Below, piece after piece: positions 1 to 9,558 of a stretch of 64,000 bases of DNA. A program made the position numbers and the translations under genes. Positions within the stretch are counted from its first letter, which is position 1, and each line of letters opens with the position of its first letter. The notes beneath the pieces are model-generated. The model searched no databases. It worked only from the letters and a program-made list of their open reading frames with translations, and had not been told where the DNA came from. This stretch comes from Abditibacterium sp. (GTDB taxonomy: Bacteria > Armatimonadota > Abditibacteriia > Abditibacteriales > Abditibacteriaceae): the NCBI GenBank assembly GCA_965199495.1, contig CBDASK010000003.1:2528001-2592000 (forward strand). Direction: 5' to 3'.

Positions 1-222
1 ACCTGCGCGGTTTGCAATCTCTGCTTCGACTGGAGCGGAGAAACACAACTGTGTTTGGCCCAGTTTAAGCTCTAAACCCATCCGCACCATTGGTTAACCA
101 ATGCGCTGGCTGCTGCAAATCGCCCTAAAATTTGCTCATAAGTTGAAGCTCCGCCGAAATGTGGTAAAATCGCCGTGAGCTTTTTCGCGTTTAATCTGTC
201 AAACTCTGGTCGCGCTACTCCC

Positions 223-1542
223 ATGAAACTCTTATCCAATCGCCGCGCTGTGCGCTCTGCTTTGTTGATGTTGGCCTTTGCGCCCGCCGCCATGAACGTG
301 GCGCAGGCGCAGATGCCCGCCTTACCGCCCGCACCAATCAATCAGCCGTTGCCCCAAAGCCCAAATGTTGACCAAGCCGCGTTTTTGGTGAACGAAGCCT
401 ACAATATCGCTGGCAGCAACGCGGCGGCGCGTGCGGTCGCGGTCAAAACTTCGGCTTCGTTGCTGGCGCGGTTGCCCGAATCGAACCGCGAAGTGGGCCG
501 CGAACAGCTCACCGCGCGTTTCTTCAAATACGCGCAAAGCGGCGACGTTTCCGATGCGGTGCGCACCGATGCGCTTTCGTCGTTTTTCGATGCGGCTTCC
601 AAAGCCGATCCCGATTATGCGTTGCGTTGGGCGATGGCGACCAAAGATGACGCCGCACGCGCGGGCGCATTGCTCGCGGTTTCGCGCGCTTTGCCCGACG
701 CGCAGTGGGCGCGCGCCGATTCGCTGGCCGCCGATGCCGCGCGCGCCGCGCGTCAGGAACCCGACGAATTGCGCCGCGCCCGCGCCCTCGTTTATGTCGC
801 CGACCGCATGACCGAGTTTTCGCCCGCGCGCGCACAGGATTCCATCGCCGAGGCGCGCCGCGAAATCGCCCAGTTGGGCGATTCGTCCGAACAAGACAAC
901 CTCACGTCGGATTTGATTCCCGCCGTGGCTCGCTACGATGTGAACATGGCGCGCACAATGGTGAATGGTATTGGCGATGCCGACTTGAAAAATTTGGCGG
1001 GCGCGCGCGTCAACCTCGCTGAGGCTTCGCTTTCGACAGTCACTACGCGCACCAAAGATCGCGTGCAGGTCTTGGCAACCGCCGCCGCGCCCTACGACAA
1101 TCGCGCCCTGCCGCTTTTGGTGAAGTTGCCGCCCGAACCATCGGTTTTAAAAGCGATTTCCGAAACGCTCCCGCCGGTTTACGCCTCGGCGCGTCCGGCG
1201 ATTGACGTAGATCGTTTACAATCGCTGTGGGATTATAGCCAGAAAGCGCCCGAAGGCGTCTATCGCGACCAATTGCAATCGCGCTTGGCGCGCCTGATGG
1301 TGACGCAAGACCTGTGGCGCGGACGCGATTGGGGCAAACAATTGGCGTGGAAAGGAGGGCGCGTTCAAGTCGGCGCGTTTTTGAAAGACGTGCTGGCCTA
1401 TCGTTCGTCGCAACTCAAAGTGGCCACGCTACAAGATGTCGCGCAGGGCGATGTCAATGCGGCTTTGGTGCAAGCGCGCACGCTGGGGCCGGTCGAGCGC
1501 ACCGAGGCACTTTTGCTGTTGGCCGGACAGATTTTGGCGTAA
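223..1542 (+). CDS. Secreted, Ala-rich alpha-helical repeat-like hypothetical protein
   Basis: Long ORF; ATG at 223 gives a signal-peptide-like N-terminus (MKLLSNRRAVRSALLMLAFAPAA...AQA) and a Pro-rich linker. An alternative GTG start lies at 175. Confidence 0.7.
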   Translation: MKLLSNRRAVRSALLMLAFAPAAMNVAQAQMPALPPAPINQPLPQSPNVDQAAFLVNEAYNIAGSNAAARAVAVKTSASLLARLPESNREVGREQLTARFFKYAQSGDVSDAVRTDALSSFFDAASKADPDYALRWAMATKDDAARAGALLAVSRALPDAQWARADSLAADAARAARQEPDELRRARALVYVADRMTEFSPARAQDSIAEARREIAQLGDSSEQDNLTSDLIPAVARYDVNMARTMVNGIGDADLKNLAGARVNLAEASLSTVTTRTKDRVQVLATAAAPYDNRALPLLVKLPPEPSVLKAISETLPPVYASARPAIDVDRLQSLWDYSQKAPEGVYRDQLQSRLARLMVTQDLWRGRDWGKQLAWKGGRVQVGAFLKDVLAYRSSQLKVATLQDVAQGDVNAALVQARTLGPVERTEALLLLAGQILA

Positions 1543-1628
1543 ATCAGATTGTTCGTAGAACAAACGCTTCGCTCTTCGTGAGCGGGGCGTTTGTTGTTTG
1601 CGGCCACGATTTGCCCCACCGATACGCT

Positions 1629-2552
1629 ATGACTCCGCTTATTCTCGTCGCCGGATTTTTAGGCGCAGGCAAAACCACGTTTCTGCGCCATATTTTGCTC
1701 GACGCGCGCGCGAAAAATTTGAACATCGGCGTGATTATCAACGAGTTCGGCGCCATTGACGTGGACAGCGAAATTTTGCGCGATAAGGCACAAAATCTGG
1801 CGAGCGTCGCTGGAGGTTGCGCCTGTTGCGCTGGACAAGACGATTTCGTCGAAGCCGTCGAAAATATGAGCCACGTCGGGTTCGATGCAATTGTCGTCGA
1901 AGCGTCGGGTTTGGCCGATTCGCTGATTTTGCTGGAAACGCTCGCCGCGCCCGATTTATTGAAACGTGTGCAAACCGCGCAAATTGTGTGCGTGGCCGAC
2001 GCTTCCAATTGGAACGCGACGGCGGGCGCGTTGGGGCCGCTACTTCGACGACAATTAATGTTAGCCGATACCATCGTTCTCAACAAAATTGATTTGGTCA
2101 GCCCAGCCGCCGTGGCTGCATTGCGTGGCAAGGTCGCCGAATTGAATCCGAACGCAAGCGTGCGAACTGCGAGCGAAGGCGAAACCGAATTCGATTGGAA
2201 TCTTGGCTCGCGCGCCGCGACAAAACTCGATTTACCAATCGCGCCGCACGCCGATTCTCATATGATTTGGATTGCATTGCCGCATCCACTTGAACGCTCA
2301 GCTTTGGAGCGCGCGCTATCCGAGTTGGACGAAAATATCTGGCGCGCCAAAGGCTTCGTGCGCGTGCGCGGCGAAAGCGGTTTGCAATTGGTTCAACTCA
2401 GCGGCGGCATGGACGGCAATCGCACGCGCATCGCGCCTTTCGCGATTCCGTTTGGCGCCGATGAACCGCAATTGGGTTTGGTTTTTATCGGCGCGGGCTT
2501 CGACGGCGCGTGGGTGAAGCGCGCGTTTGAATCGCTCAACCCGACGTTTTAA
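1629..2552 (+). CDS. COG0523/CobW-family G3E GTPase metallochaperone
   Basis: GFLGAGKTT Walker A, INEFG, GGCACC (CxCC), VEASG, LNKID and C-terminal WRAKG motifs. Confidence 0.92.
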   Translation: MTPLILVAGFLGAGKTTFLRHILLDARAKNLNIGVIINEFGAIDVDSEILRDKAQNLASVAGGCACCAGQDDFVEAVENMSHVGFDAIVVEASGLADSLILLETLAAPDLLKRVQTAQIVCVADASNWNATAGALGPLLRRQLMLADTIVLNKIDLVSPAAVAALRGKVAELNPNASVRTASEGETEFDWNLGSRAATKLDLPIAPHADSHMIWIALPHPLERSALERALSELDENIWRAKGFVRVRGESGLQLVQLSGGMDGNRTRIAPFAIPFGADEPQLGLVFIGAGFDGAWVKRAFESLNPTF

Positions 2553-2604
2553 CGCGTCGTTCGCAGAGCTATGCCACTGCTAATAAGTGCATTAAACTGC
2601 GGGC

Positions 2605-3906
2605 GTGAAACTCTCAACTCGCGAAAAGAAATTTTTTGTGTTTTGCACTCTCGTCATCGCGTTGCCGTTGGGCGTTGGGTTGTATATCAACCATCTCAAC
2701 GCGGCGTCGAACGCGCCCATTCCGGCGTATCCGCGCGCGCCCAATCCCAATGGCTATGACCTTTATGTCGCAGCAGAGGCGGCGATGACGCGCGCGACGC
2801 CAAGCGTCGATCCCAACAGCGACGCCCGCCCGCCAACCGATGCCAAAGCGCGCGCGGCGCGTTATTCGCTGGCGCGGCGCAACGCGTGGTTGGGGCAAAA
2901 TGGCAAAACGTTCGCGTTGTTTAATCAGGCGATGAAAACGCCGTCGCTGGCGCCGCCGAGCCGCTCGATTGCCAATACCAACCCGACTTACGCGCGGTTG
3001 CGCGAGTTGGCGCGCGCCAAAGCCGCCCAGAGCAACACGCTGTGGATGCGCCGCGATTACAACGGCGCGCTGCAAAGCGGTTTGGATACGATTCAGATGG
3101 GCCACGATATGCGGCACGGCACGCAGATCATCGGCAGTCTGGTCGGCATGGCCATCGGCGCCATTGGGGGCCGCGCGACCAACGACACCATCGAGCGCGT
3201 GAACGCGGCGCAGGCCAAAAGCGCGGCCAAGCGTCTGGAAAAAATGCTGCAAACGCGCTGGAATCTCGACCAAACGCTAACCGAAGAAAAATACGCGAAC
3301 CAGACGTTCATGGTGCCGCTCGTCAAAGCGGGCACCTGGCGGTTATCGAGCGCGCCGTGGATGCTGAGCGGCACGGTGCCTTCGCTGTCCGAGCGTGTGC
3401 ATCTGGCGACTTTGCCGACGAGCCAAATCTTGCGCGACATCGAAAACGAACATAACCGTCAAATCGCCAACGCGAAGTTGCCTTACGCCAACGTGGGGCA
3501 AGCGCGTCCCAATTATAGCGATCCGTTCGTGCCGCAGGAATTCAAGCGTTTGCCCATCAACAACGCGCGCGATTTGGCGCGCGACCGTTTTCTGATGCTG
3601 CGTCTGGCGTTGCGCGCTTACCGTTTGGAGCAGGGCGTTTATCCGCCGAATTTAAACGCGCTCGTGCCCGCTTATTTAAGCGCCGTGCCCGCCGATCCGT
3701 TCGGCGGCGGCGAAGCGATGCGTTATAAATTGAGCGGCGCCAAATACGTTTTGTGGAGCATTGGGCCGGACGGCGCAGACGATGGCGGCAAACCGGTTCC
3801 GTTTCTCAAACCGGCGCCCACAACTTACGCGGGCGAGCGCCCCGTCGAACGCCTATTCACCGATTTCAACGGCAAAGGCGATGTTGTCGCGGGCGTGAAC
3901 GGCTAA
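2605..3906 (+). CDS. Membrane-anchored hypothetical protein with GspG/pseudopilin-like C-terminal motif (paralog 1)
   Basis: N-terminal TM helix; C-terminal LRAYRLEQGVYPPNLNALVP..DPF..Y..WSIGPDG.DDGG. Confidence 0.75.
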   Translation: MKLSTREKKFFVFCTLVIALPLGVGLYINHLNAASNAPIPAYPRAPNPNGYDLYVAAEAAMTRATPSVDPNSDARPPTDAKARAARYSLARRNAWLGQNGKTFALFNQAMKTPSLAPPSRSIANTNPTYARLRELARAKAAQSNTLWMRRDYNGALQSGLDTIQMGHDMRHGTQIIGSLVGMAIGAIGGRATNDTIERVNAAQAKSAAKRLEKMLQTRWNLDQTLTEEKYANQTFMVPLVKAGTWRLSSAPWMLSGTVPSLSERVHLATLPTSQILRDIENEHNRQIANAKLPYANVGQARPNYSDPFVPQEFKRLPINNARDLARDRFLMLRLALRAYRLEQGVYPPNLNALVPAYLSAVPADPFGGGEAMRYKLSGAKYVLWSIGPDGADDGGKPVPFLKPAPTTYAGERPVERLFTDFNGKGDVVAGVNG

Positions 3907-3916
3907 AATTAAACGC

Positions 3917-5224
3917 ATGAAATTCAAATCCGGCGAAAAGAAAATGCTGGCGTTTTTCGTCGTCGCCATCGCGCTGCCCCTGAGCGTTGGGCTGTTTCTC
4001 AATCGCATCAACGCGACGCCAACTGTCAACATTCCGGCGCCCGCGCCGCGCCCGAAACCCAATGGCTACGATTTATATGTCGCGGCAGCCACGGCGATGA
4101 CGCGCGTCAAACCTGAAACCGATCCGGCCAGCGATACGACGTTTGTAACCGATCCAAAAGTGTGGGCGCAACGTTATTCGCTGGCGCGCCGCACGGCGTG
4201 GCTGAACGCGAACGCGAAGTCTTTCGCTTTGTTCGATCAGGCGCTTCAAACGCCGACGATGGCGCCACTTTCACGCTCTTTCAGCGGAAATAGCTTCGGT
4301 TCCTACGCCAAACTGCGACAAATGGCGCGCGATAAATCGGCGCAGAGCAACACGCTATGGATGCGCGGCGATTACAACGGCGCGCTGCAAAGTAATCTCG
4401 ATACAATTCAAATGGGCCAAGATATGCGGCATGGCGGCGTTCTCATTACTCAGTTGGTTGGCATCGCCATCGGCGCCATCGGGCGCGGTAACACGGGCGG
4501 AACAATCGAACATTTGGACGCCGCGCAGTGCAAAAGCGCGGCGCGGCGCATGGAGAAAATGTTAGCGAATCGTTGGCGCTTAGATCAAGTTCTGACCGAA
4601 GAAAAATGGGCGACGGAAGCGGCGCTTATGGAAAGTTTCGGGCAAAAAAACTGGCGCACTGGATTCTTCGGCAAAGAGATGACTCCGTTGAAGCGTTGGC
4701 GCATTTATACGATTTCCAAACAGCAAATCATCGATAATGTCGGCGCCAGTTACGATCAGCAAATCGCCAATGCGCGTTTGCCCTACACGCAAAAAGGCGC
4801 ATCAATTCAAGCCGACGATCCCTTTTTGGAAATTTTAGTCGCCAACGGTGACCGCGCGCGCATCAATGAAGCGCGCGGTTTGATGGGCGACGACACTTTA
4901 ATGCTGCAACTCGCTTTGCGCGCTTATAATTTGGAAAATGGCGTTTATCCGCCGAATTTGAAAGCGCTCGTGCCCAATTATCTGGGGGCCGTGCCCGCCG
5001 ATCCGTTTGGCGGCGGCGAAGCGTTGCGCTACAAAATCAGCGGCAAAACTTACGCGTTGTGGAGCATCGGCCCCGACGGCAAAGATGACGGTGGCAAACC
5101 GATTCCGCCGCGTAATGGCATTCGGCACACGAAACCTTTCCCCGGTCAGCGCCCGCGTGGGCCGCGTTCGTTTGTCGAATTCGAGGGCAAAGGCGATGTC
5201 GTGGCGGGCGTGAATACTGGATAG
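3917..5224 (+). CDS. Membrane-anchored hypothetical protein with GspG/pseudopilin-like C-terminal motif (paralog 2)
   Basis: Colinear paralog of 2605-3906 (shared PNGYDLYVAA, RYSLARR, AQSNTLWMR, WSIGPDG, GKGDVVAGVN). Confidence 0.75.
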   Translation: MKFKSGEKKMLAFFVVAIALPLSVGLFLNRINATPTVNIPAPAPRPKPNGYDLYVAAATAMTRVKPETDPASDTTFVTDPKVWAQRYSLARRTAWLNANAKSFALFDQALQTPTMAPLSRSFSGNSFGSYAKLRQMARDKSAQSNTLWMRGDYNGALQSNLDTIQMGQDMRHGGVLITQLVGIAIGAIGRGNTGGTIEHLDAAQCKSAARRMEKMLANRWRLDQVLTEEKWATEAALMESFGQKNWRTGFFGKEMTPLKRWRIYTISKQQIIDNVGASYDQQIANARLPYTQKGASIQADDPFLEILVANGDRARINEARGLMGDDTLMLQLALRAYNLENGVYPPNLKALVPNYLGAVPADPFGGGEALRYKISGKTYALWSIGPDGKDDGGKPIPPRNGIRHTKPFPGQRPRGPRSFVEFEGKGDVVAGVNTG

Positions 5225-5308
5225 TCGGACTACGGATCTCAAATATCGGATGGGTTGAAGAGAGTTGAACGAAACTGAACTCTCTTCGTATCATCCGACA
5301 TCCGCTAC
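5225..5308. repeat. Imperfect palindrome with heptamer-periodic (..CGGA) arms between convergent genes
   Basis: GAAGAGAGTT (5257-5266)/AACTCTCTTC (5278-5287); TCGGATG/CATCCGA outer arms. Confidence 0.55.
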
Positions 5309-6403
5309 TCAAACCGAGAACCGGAAGTTCATCAAGTCGCCGTCTTTGACGATGTAATCTTTGCCTTCCAATCGCATTTTGCCCGCCGCTTTCGCGCCTT
5401 TTTCGCCCTTCAACTCGATATAATCGCCGAACGAAATCACTTCGGCGCGAATAAAACCGCGCTCGAAGTCGGTGTGAATCACGCCCGCCGCTTGCGGCGC
5501 CGTGGCTCCAACTTTGATTTCCCACGCGCGCACCTCTTTTTCGCCCGCCGTGAAATAAGTTTGAAGTCCGAGCAAAGCATAACCAGCGCGAATCACGCGA
5601 TTTAAACCCGGCTCCGATAATCCGATTTCGGCCAAAAATTCGAGTTTTTCTTCGTCACTCATGTCCATAATTTCGGCTTCGAGCGAAGCGCACACCGGCA
5701 CAACGATGGAATTCTCTTTGGCCGCATATTCTACGACTGCTTGCAAATGCGGGTTGTCTTCCAAGTTGCCCGCGTCAGCCACGTTGGCGACATACATCGT
5801 CGGCTTGAGCGTGAGCAGGTTGAAACTCTTGATCGCCGCGCGCTCGTCGTCGGTTAAATCGAGCGAGCGCACGGCATTGCCCTCATTCAAACATTCGAGC
5901 GCGCGTTCCAAAACCGGGACTTGTTGATTCGCCAATTTGTCGCCGCTTTTAGCGGCTTTGCGCGCGCGGTCAATAGCTTTTTCCACGCTGGTCAAATCGG
6001 CCAGAGCCAATTCCGTGTTGATCACTTCGATGTCCGAAACCGGATCAACTTTGCCCGCGACGTGAACGACATCATCATTCTCGAAGCAGCGCACGACGTG
6101 CGCGATGGCGTCGCATTCGCGGATGTTAGCCAAGAATTTATTGCCCAGACCTTCGCCTTTGCTGGCGCCCGCGACCAAACCGGCGATGTCCACAAATTCG
6201 GTCACCGCGTTCAAAACGCGTTGCGGATTGACGATTGCGGCGAGTTCCGCCAACCGTTCATCGGGCACGGGCACGATGCCGACGTTGGGTTCGATGGTGC
6301 AAAACGGATAGTTTTCGGCGGCGATTTCGGCGCGCGTGAGGGCATTAAACAAGGTCGATTTGCCGACGTTTGGCAAACCCACGATTCCACATTGAAGACT
6401 CAT
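5309..6403 (-). CDS. ychF: Redox-regulated ATPase YchF (Obg family)
   Basis: [56 protein letters not shown]. Real start is ATG 6403; the ORF-track extension runs through a repeat. Confidence 0.97.
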   Translation of the reverse strand: MSLQCGIVGLPNVGKSTLFNALTRAEIAAENYPFCTIEPNVGIVPVPDERLAELAAIVNPQRVLNAVTEFVDIAGLVAGASKGEGLGNKFLANIRECDAIAHVVRCFENDDVVHVAGKVDPVSDIEVINTELALADLTSVEKAIDRARKAAKSGDKLANQQVPVLERALECLNEGNAVRSLDLTDDERAAIKSFNLLTLKPTMYVANVADAGNLEDNPHLQAVVEYAAKENSIVVPVCASLEAEIMDMSDEEKLEFLAEIGLSEPGLNRVIRAGYALLGLQTYFTAGEKEVRAWEIKVGATAPQAAGVIHTDFERGFIRAEVISFGDYIELKGEKGAKAAGKMRLEGKDYIVKDGDLMNFRFSV

Positions 6404-6423
6404 AATCAACCAAACAGTATGAC

Positions 6424-6572
6424 GATTAGCCACAGAGGACACAGAGAACGCACAGAAAAACACAGAAAGAACGAAGAAACCAAAGATATACAAAAGCACT
6501 TTCTTTTTCGATTTATTCTCTTCCTTCTCTCTGTGTTTTTCTGTGCGTTCTCTGTGTCCTCTGTGGCTAATC
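6424..6572. repeat. Long palindromic element, CACAGAG family, copy 1
   Basis: GATTAGCCACAGAGGACACAGAGAACGCACAGAAAAACACAGA and its exact reverse complement; supplies the TAG stop of 6567-7619. Confidence 0.95.
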
Positions 6573-7619
6573 CCAGACAATCGCCACTTTTCCGCTCTGG
6601 CCCGAATCGAAAATTTCATACGCTTCTTTCGCTTCGTCTAACGTAAATTTGTGCGTCACGATGCAATCGGGATGCAAATCCCACGCGACCAATTTCTCGA
6701 CTAACTCTTCCATTTGGCCAATCGAGCAAACCCACGAACCGTGCAACGTCAACTGTTTGTGCAGCAACAACGGCGACGGCTCGAACGTCACATCGCCGCC
6801 TTCGCCGACGAAAACCACACGGCCCCAATCGCGCGCGGCTTCCAGACACAAATGGCGCGCGGCTGAGGCGCCCGAACAATCAATAGCGACTTCAAAGCCT
6901 TTGCCGCCATTTAAATCCATCAAATGTTCCAACGCGTTTTCGCCGGGCGCGACGATGTTTTCAAAGCCCAAATCATTGGCCAATTTCACGCGGTCGGCGT
7001 TGCCCTCGACAGCAGCCACGCGCGCGCCCAGCGCGCGGGCGAGCAGGGCGGCGCCCAGTCCGACCGGGCCAAGGCCGGTAATCAAAACTTCGTCGCGCCC
7101 CGAAATCTGCGCGCGCAAACAGGCCGCGTAAACCGTCCCAAACCCGCACGCGACCATCGCGCCATCGAGATACGTCAGCTCATCGGGCAAAAGCACGAGC
7201 GTGCGTTCCTCGGCCAACATAAACGGCGCGTGGCCGCCGTTGCGTTGCCAACCGTAAGCCTCGCGCGCGGGCGAGTGGCAACCGATCATCCAACCGCTAC
7301 GGCACGCCTCGCACACGCCGCAACCCGCGATATGATAAGCCACAACGCGGTCGCCGACCTGAAAGCGCGAAACATCTTCGCCGACCGCGACGATTTGTCC
7401 GCACGGCTCGTGCCCGGCGATGACGCCGCGATAGGCTTCGGGGCCGCTACCTTGATCGTGGGGGCGATAAATCGCGCGCAAATCGGAGCCGCACAAACTG
7501 GAGGCTTTAATCTGAATCAAAACTTCGCGCGCGCCGGGCGTTGGAACGTTGAACTCGCGAATTTCGAGTTGGCGGTCGCCGGGCAAAACGACGCCGGGCA
7601 TAGTCTGGGGAAGGGACAT
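6567..7619 (-). CDS. Zinc-dependent alcohol/sugar dehydrogenase (MDR family)
   Basis: CGSD, GHE, CxxCxxCx7C structural Zn site, GLGPVG. Confidence 0.92.
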   Translation of the reverse strand: MSLPQTMPGVVLPGDRQLEIREFNVPTPGAREVLIQIKASSLCGSDLRAIYRPHDQGSGPEAYRGVIAGHEPCGQIVAVGEDVSRFQVGDRVVAYHIAGCGVCEACRSGWMIGCHSPAREAYGWQRNGGHAPFMLAEERTLVLLPDELTYLDGAMVACGFGTVYAACLRAQISGRDEVLITGLGPVGLGAALLARALGARVAAVEGNADRVKLANDLGFENIVAPGENALEHLMDLNGGKGFEVAIDCSGASAARHLCLEAARDWGRVVFVGEGGDVTFEPSPLLLHKQLTLHGSWVCSIGQMEELVEKLVAWDLHPDCIVTHKFTLDEAKEAYEIFDSGQSGKVAIVWD

Positions 7620-7693
7620 GAATCGAAGTTTAAGTGAGCCGAGTTCGGAGGCGCTTGTGTGTTGGGCGGGACTAATTTATAATAGAAATTGAA

Positions 7694-8851
7694 ATGAATC
7701 CGCAAATTCGTCTGCTGTTGCCCATCGGTGCGCTCGCGCTTGTCGTGGGCGGGCTTCTCGTCTGGAGCGACACGCGATTGAAGAAAATTGCGCCTTCCCC
7801 TGGCGGCGTGGCTGCTTATGCAGTGTGGGCGCCCGATACGGTTTGGCCGTGGCCAAACGCCCATACCAAAACGCTGGCGCCGGGCGTGACGCAGATTTCC
7901 AAAATTTCATCGGATGGCACGATGCTCGACTTATTCGACTTCGATTTTGGCGCCAACCCGCGTTTGCGCTGGGAAATTTTCGATCAGGACGAAGACGACG
8001 CCAAACCATTGGATAATCACGTCGCGTATTGGGATCGTAACGTCGCGCAAATGACGAAACAACTCGATGGCGCCAAAGGGCGCGGCCCGGTTTTGGTGGC
8101 GTGGAACGGCGCGTTTTTCGGCTACGATAACCACACCGTAACCGAAGACGCCTTTCACGTTTCGCCGGTTGTTTTGCGCGGCAAAGTTTATTTTTATACC
8201 GCGCAACATCGCTGGACTTTCGGCGTGAAGAACACAGCCACGGGGCCGGTGTGGAAAACGTTTTTCGAGCCAAGTCGCGCCACGATGGAGCGCGAATTCG
8301 ACTGGGCGGCGGGTAGCGTGCAATGTCTAATTAAAGACGGCAAACCGCTCAAAATCGAACCGTTCCCGCCCGTTGGCGGCGCTTTCAAATCGCAGCCAGT
8401 GCCTTCGACCGACAAAGAAGCCGGGCACATTCCCTATTTCGATCACATGAAAACTTGCCGCGCTTCGATTGGCTGGAGCCGCGATAACAAGCATTTGTAT
8501 TTTCTGGCGGTCAAAGAACCCGACGACGAAAGCTCATCGAGCGTGGCTTTGTCGTTCGCGGTGCGCGGCGAGCCGATTCCCGCCAATACGTCGCTTGCCG
8601 GTGGCTGGAGCGTGGCCGATGTCGGCAAGTTCTGGCAAAGTATGGGCGTGTGGGGCGCGATTAATTCCGACGCGGGCGGCGTGATGCAGTGGATCGCGCG
8701 CAAACCCGATAACGCCGGTTGGGAAATAGTGCCAGCGCACCAATCGTCGAACCAAATGCGCGTGCAAATCGCGCCGAATTGGGACGGCGAAATCAAGGGC
8801 GGCGGTTCGATTATGTATTTCTTCGTGCGCGAAATCGGGCAAACTAAGTAG
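7694..8851 (+). CDS. Phosphodiester glycosidase (NAGPA/DUF2233)-like protein, membrane anchored
   Basis: N-terminal TM; NGAFF, RASIG and AINSDAGG resemble the family motifs. Confidence 0.65.
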   Translation: MNPQIRLLLPIGALALVVGGLLVWSDTRLKKIAPSPGGVAAYAVWAPDTVWPWPNAHTKTLAPGVTQISKISSDGTMLDLFDFDFGANPRLRWEIFDQDEDDAKPLDNHVAYWDRNVAQMTKQLDGAKGRGPVLVAWNGAFFGYDNHTVTEDAFHVSPVVLRGKVYFYTAQHRWTFGVKNTATGPVWKTFFEPSRATMEREFDWAAGSVQCLIKDGKPLKIEPFPPVGGAFKSQPVPSTDKEAGHIPYFDHMKTCRASIGWSRDNKHLYFLAVKEPDDESSSSVALSFAVRGEPIPANTSLAGGWSVADVGKFWQSMGVWGAINSDAGGVMQWIARKPDNAGWEIVPAHQSSNQMRVQIAPNWDGEIKGGGSIMYFFVREIGQTK

Positions 8852-8852
8852 C

Positions 8853-9251
8853 ATGGAAATTCCCCTCGCAGCTAAACCAGAACCTGGCCCGACGATTTAC
8901 GAAAAGGCGGGCGGACAAGAAATGTTCTTCAAACTCGCCGCGCACTTTTACGATGCCGTGAGCCACGACGCGGTTTTGCGCCCGCATTATCCCGAAGATT
9001 TGAGCGACAACGCGTGGTGGCTGGCGCTGTTTCTGATTCAGTATTGCGGCGGCCCGGACGATTATTCGCGCCAAAAAGGTCACCCGCGTTTGCGTATGCG
9101 TCACGCGCCCTTCGCCATCGGCGTGGCCGAGCGCGACGCGTGGATGAATAATATGCGCCGCGCCGTCGAAGCGCATGTCGAAAACGAGGAAGTCAAAGCG
9201 TATTTGCTGGATTATTTCGAGACGACGGCGACGTTTTTGATTAACACGTAA
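8853..9251 (+). CDS. glbO: Group II truncated hemoglobin
   Basis: IYEKAGG, FY, GGPDDYS, GHPRLRMRHAPFAIG, ERDAW. Confidence 0.9.
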   Translation: MEIPLAAKPEPGPTIYEKAGGQEMFFKLAAHFYDAVSHDAVLRPHYPEDLSDNAWWLALFLIQYCGGPDDYSRQKGHPRLRMRHAPFAIGVAERDAWMNNMRRAVEAHVENEEVKAYLLDYFETTATFLINT

Positions 9252-9256
9252 TTTGG

Positions 9257-9357
9257 CCCGTAGGGACACCGACTTGTCGTGTCTAAAACGTGGATGAACG
9301 CCGCAAAGTTGAAGCAAATCCGACGTTTTAGACACGATAAATCGGTGTCTCTACGGG
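9257..9357. repeat. GTAG-type REP doublet (REPIN-like)
   Basis: CCCGTAGGGACACCGACTTGTCGTGTCTAAAACGT and a near-perfect inverted copy at 9323-9357; each unit is itself a GTAG + hairpin. Confidence 0.85.
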
Positions 9358-9378
9358 AGCATCGAAAACGCCAAAAAC

Positions 9379-9407
9379 TTGCGCCACATTCCAATCCGTT
9401 TTATAAT
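9379..9407 (+). promoter_or_regulatory. Sigma70-type promoter of the cimA leader
   Basis: TTGCGC (9379-9384), 17 nt spacer, TATAAT (9402-9407). Confidence 0.75.
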
Positions 9408-9417
9408 CAATAGCACA

Positions 9418-9486
9418 ATGTTTCCATTTAGCGCGCGAATTATCACCTGTGCGGGCCGCCATTACCTTGGCTCCCGACGCGGATAA
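9418..9486 (+). CDS. Putative attenuator leader peptide MFPFSARIITCAGRHYLGSRRG (22 aa)
   Basis: ATG 10 nt after the -10 box; tandem Ile codons ATT ATC; TAA lies just before the terminator. Confidence 0.65.
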   Translation: MFPFSARIITCAGRHYLGSRRG

Positions 9487-9501
9487 ATTCGCGCGTCATG
9501 C

Positions 9502-9544
9502 AGCCCGCCCCGATTATTTCATCAATCGCGGCGGGCTTTTTTTT
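9502..9544 (+). terminator. Intrinsic terminator (attenuator) upstream of cimA
   Basis: AGCCCGCC..CGATT/AATCG..GGCGGGCT stem followed by T8, 14 nt before the cimA ATG. Confidence 0.85.
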
Positions 9545-9558
9545 GCTTTTTTAATTCC

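Noticed and set aside
1..222. Gene or RNA at the window start
   Set aside because: Only a weak 89-aa antisense ORF and no recognisable structure; nothing supportable.
6424..6572. CACAGAG periodic repeats as a CRISPR array
   Set aside because: Units are 7-11 nt within inverted arms, with no 25-40 nt direct repeats, unique spacers or cas genes.
6404..6619. N-terminal extension of YchF in the ORF track (similarly 45041-45091 for HslR and 58017-58076 for the kinase)
   Set aside because: These are translations of the palindromic repeats; family homology starts at the downstream ATG.
9379..9558. T-box riboswitch upstream of cimA
   Set aside because: The leader is too short and has no GGTGGNACCGCG T-box; a leader-peptide model fits better.
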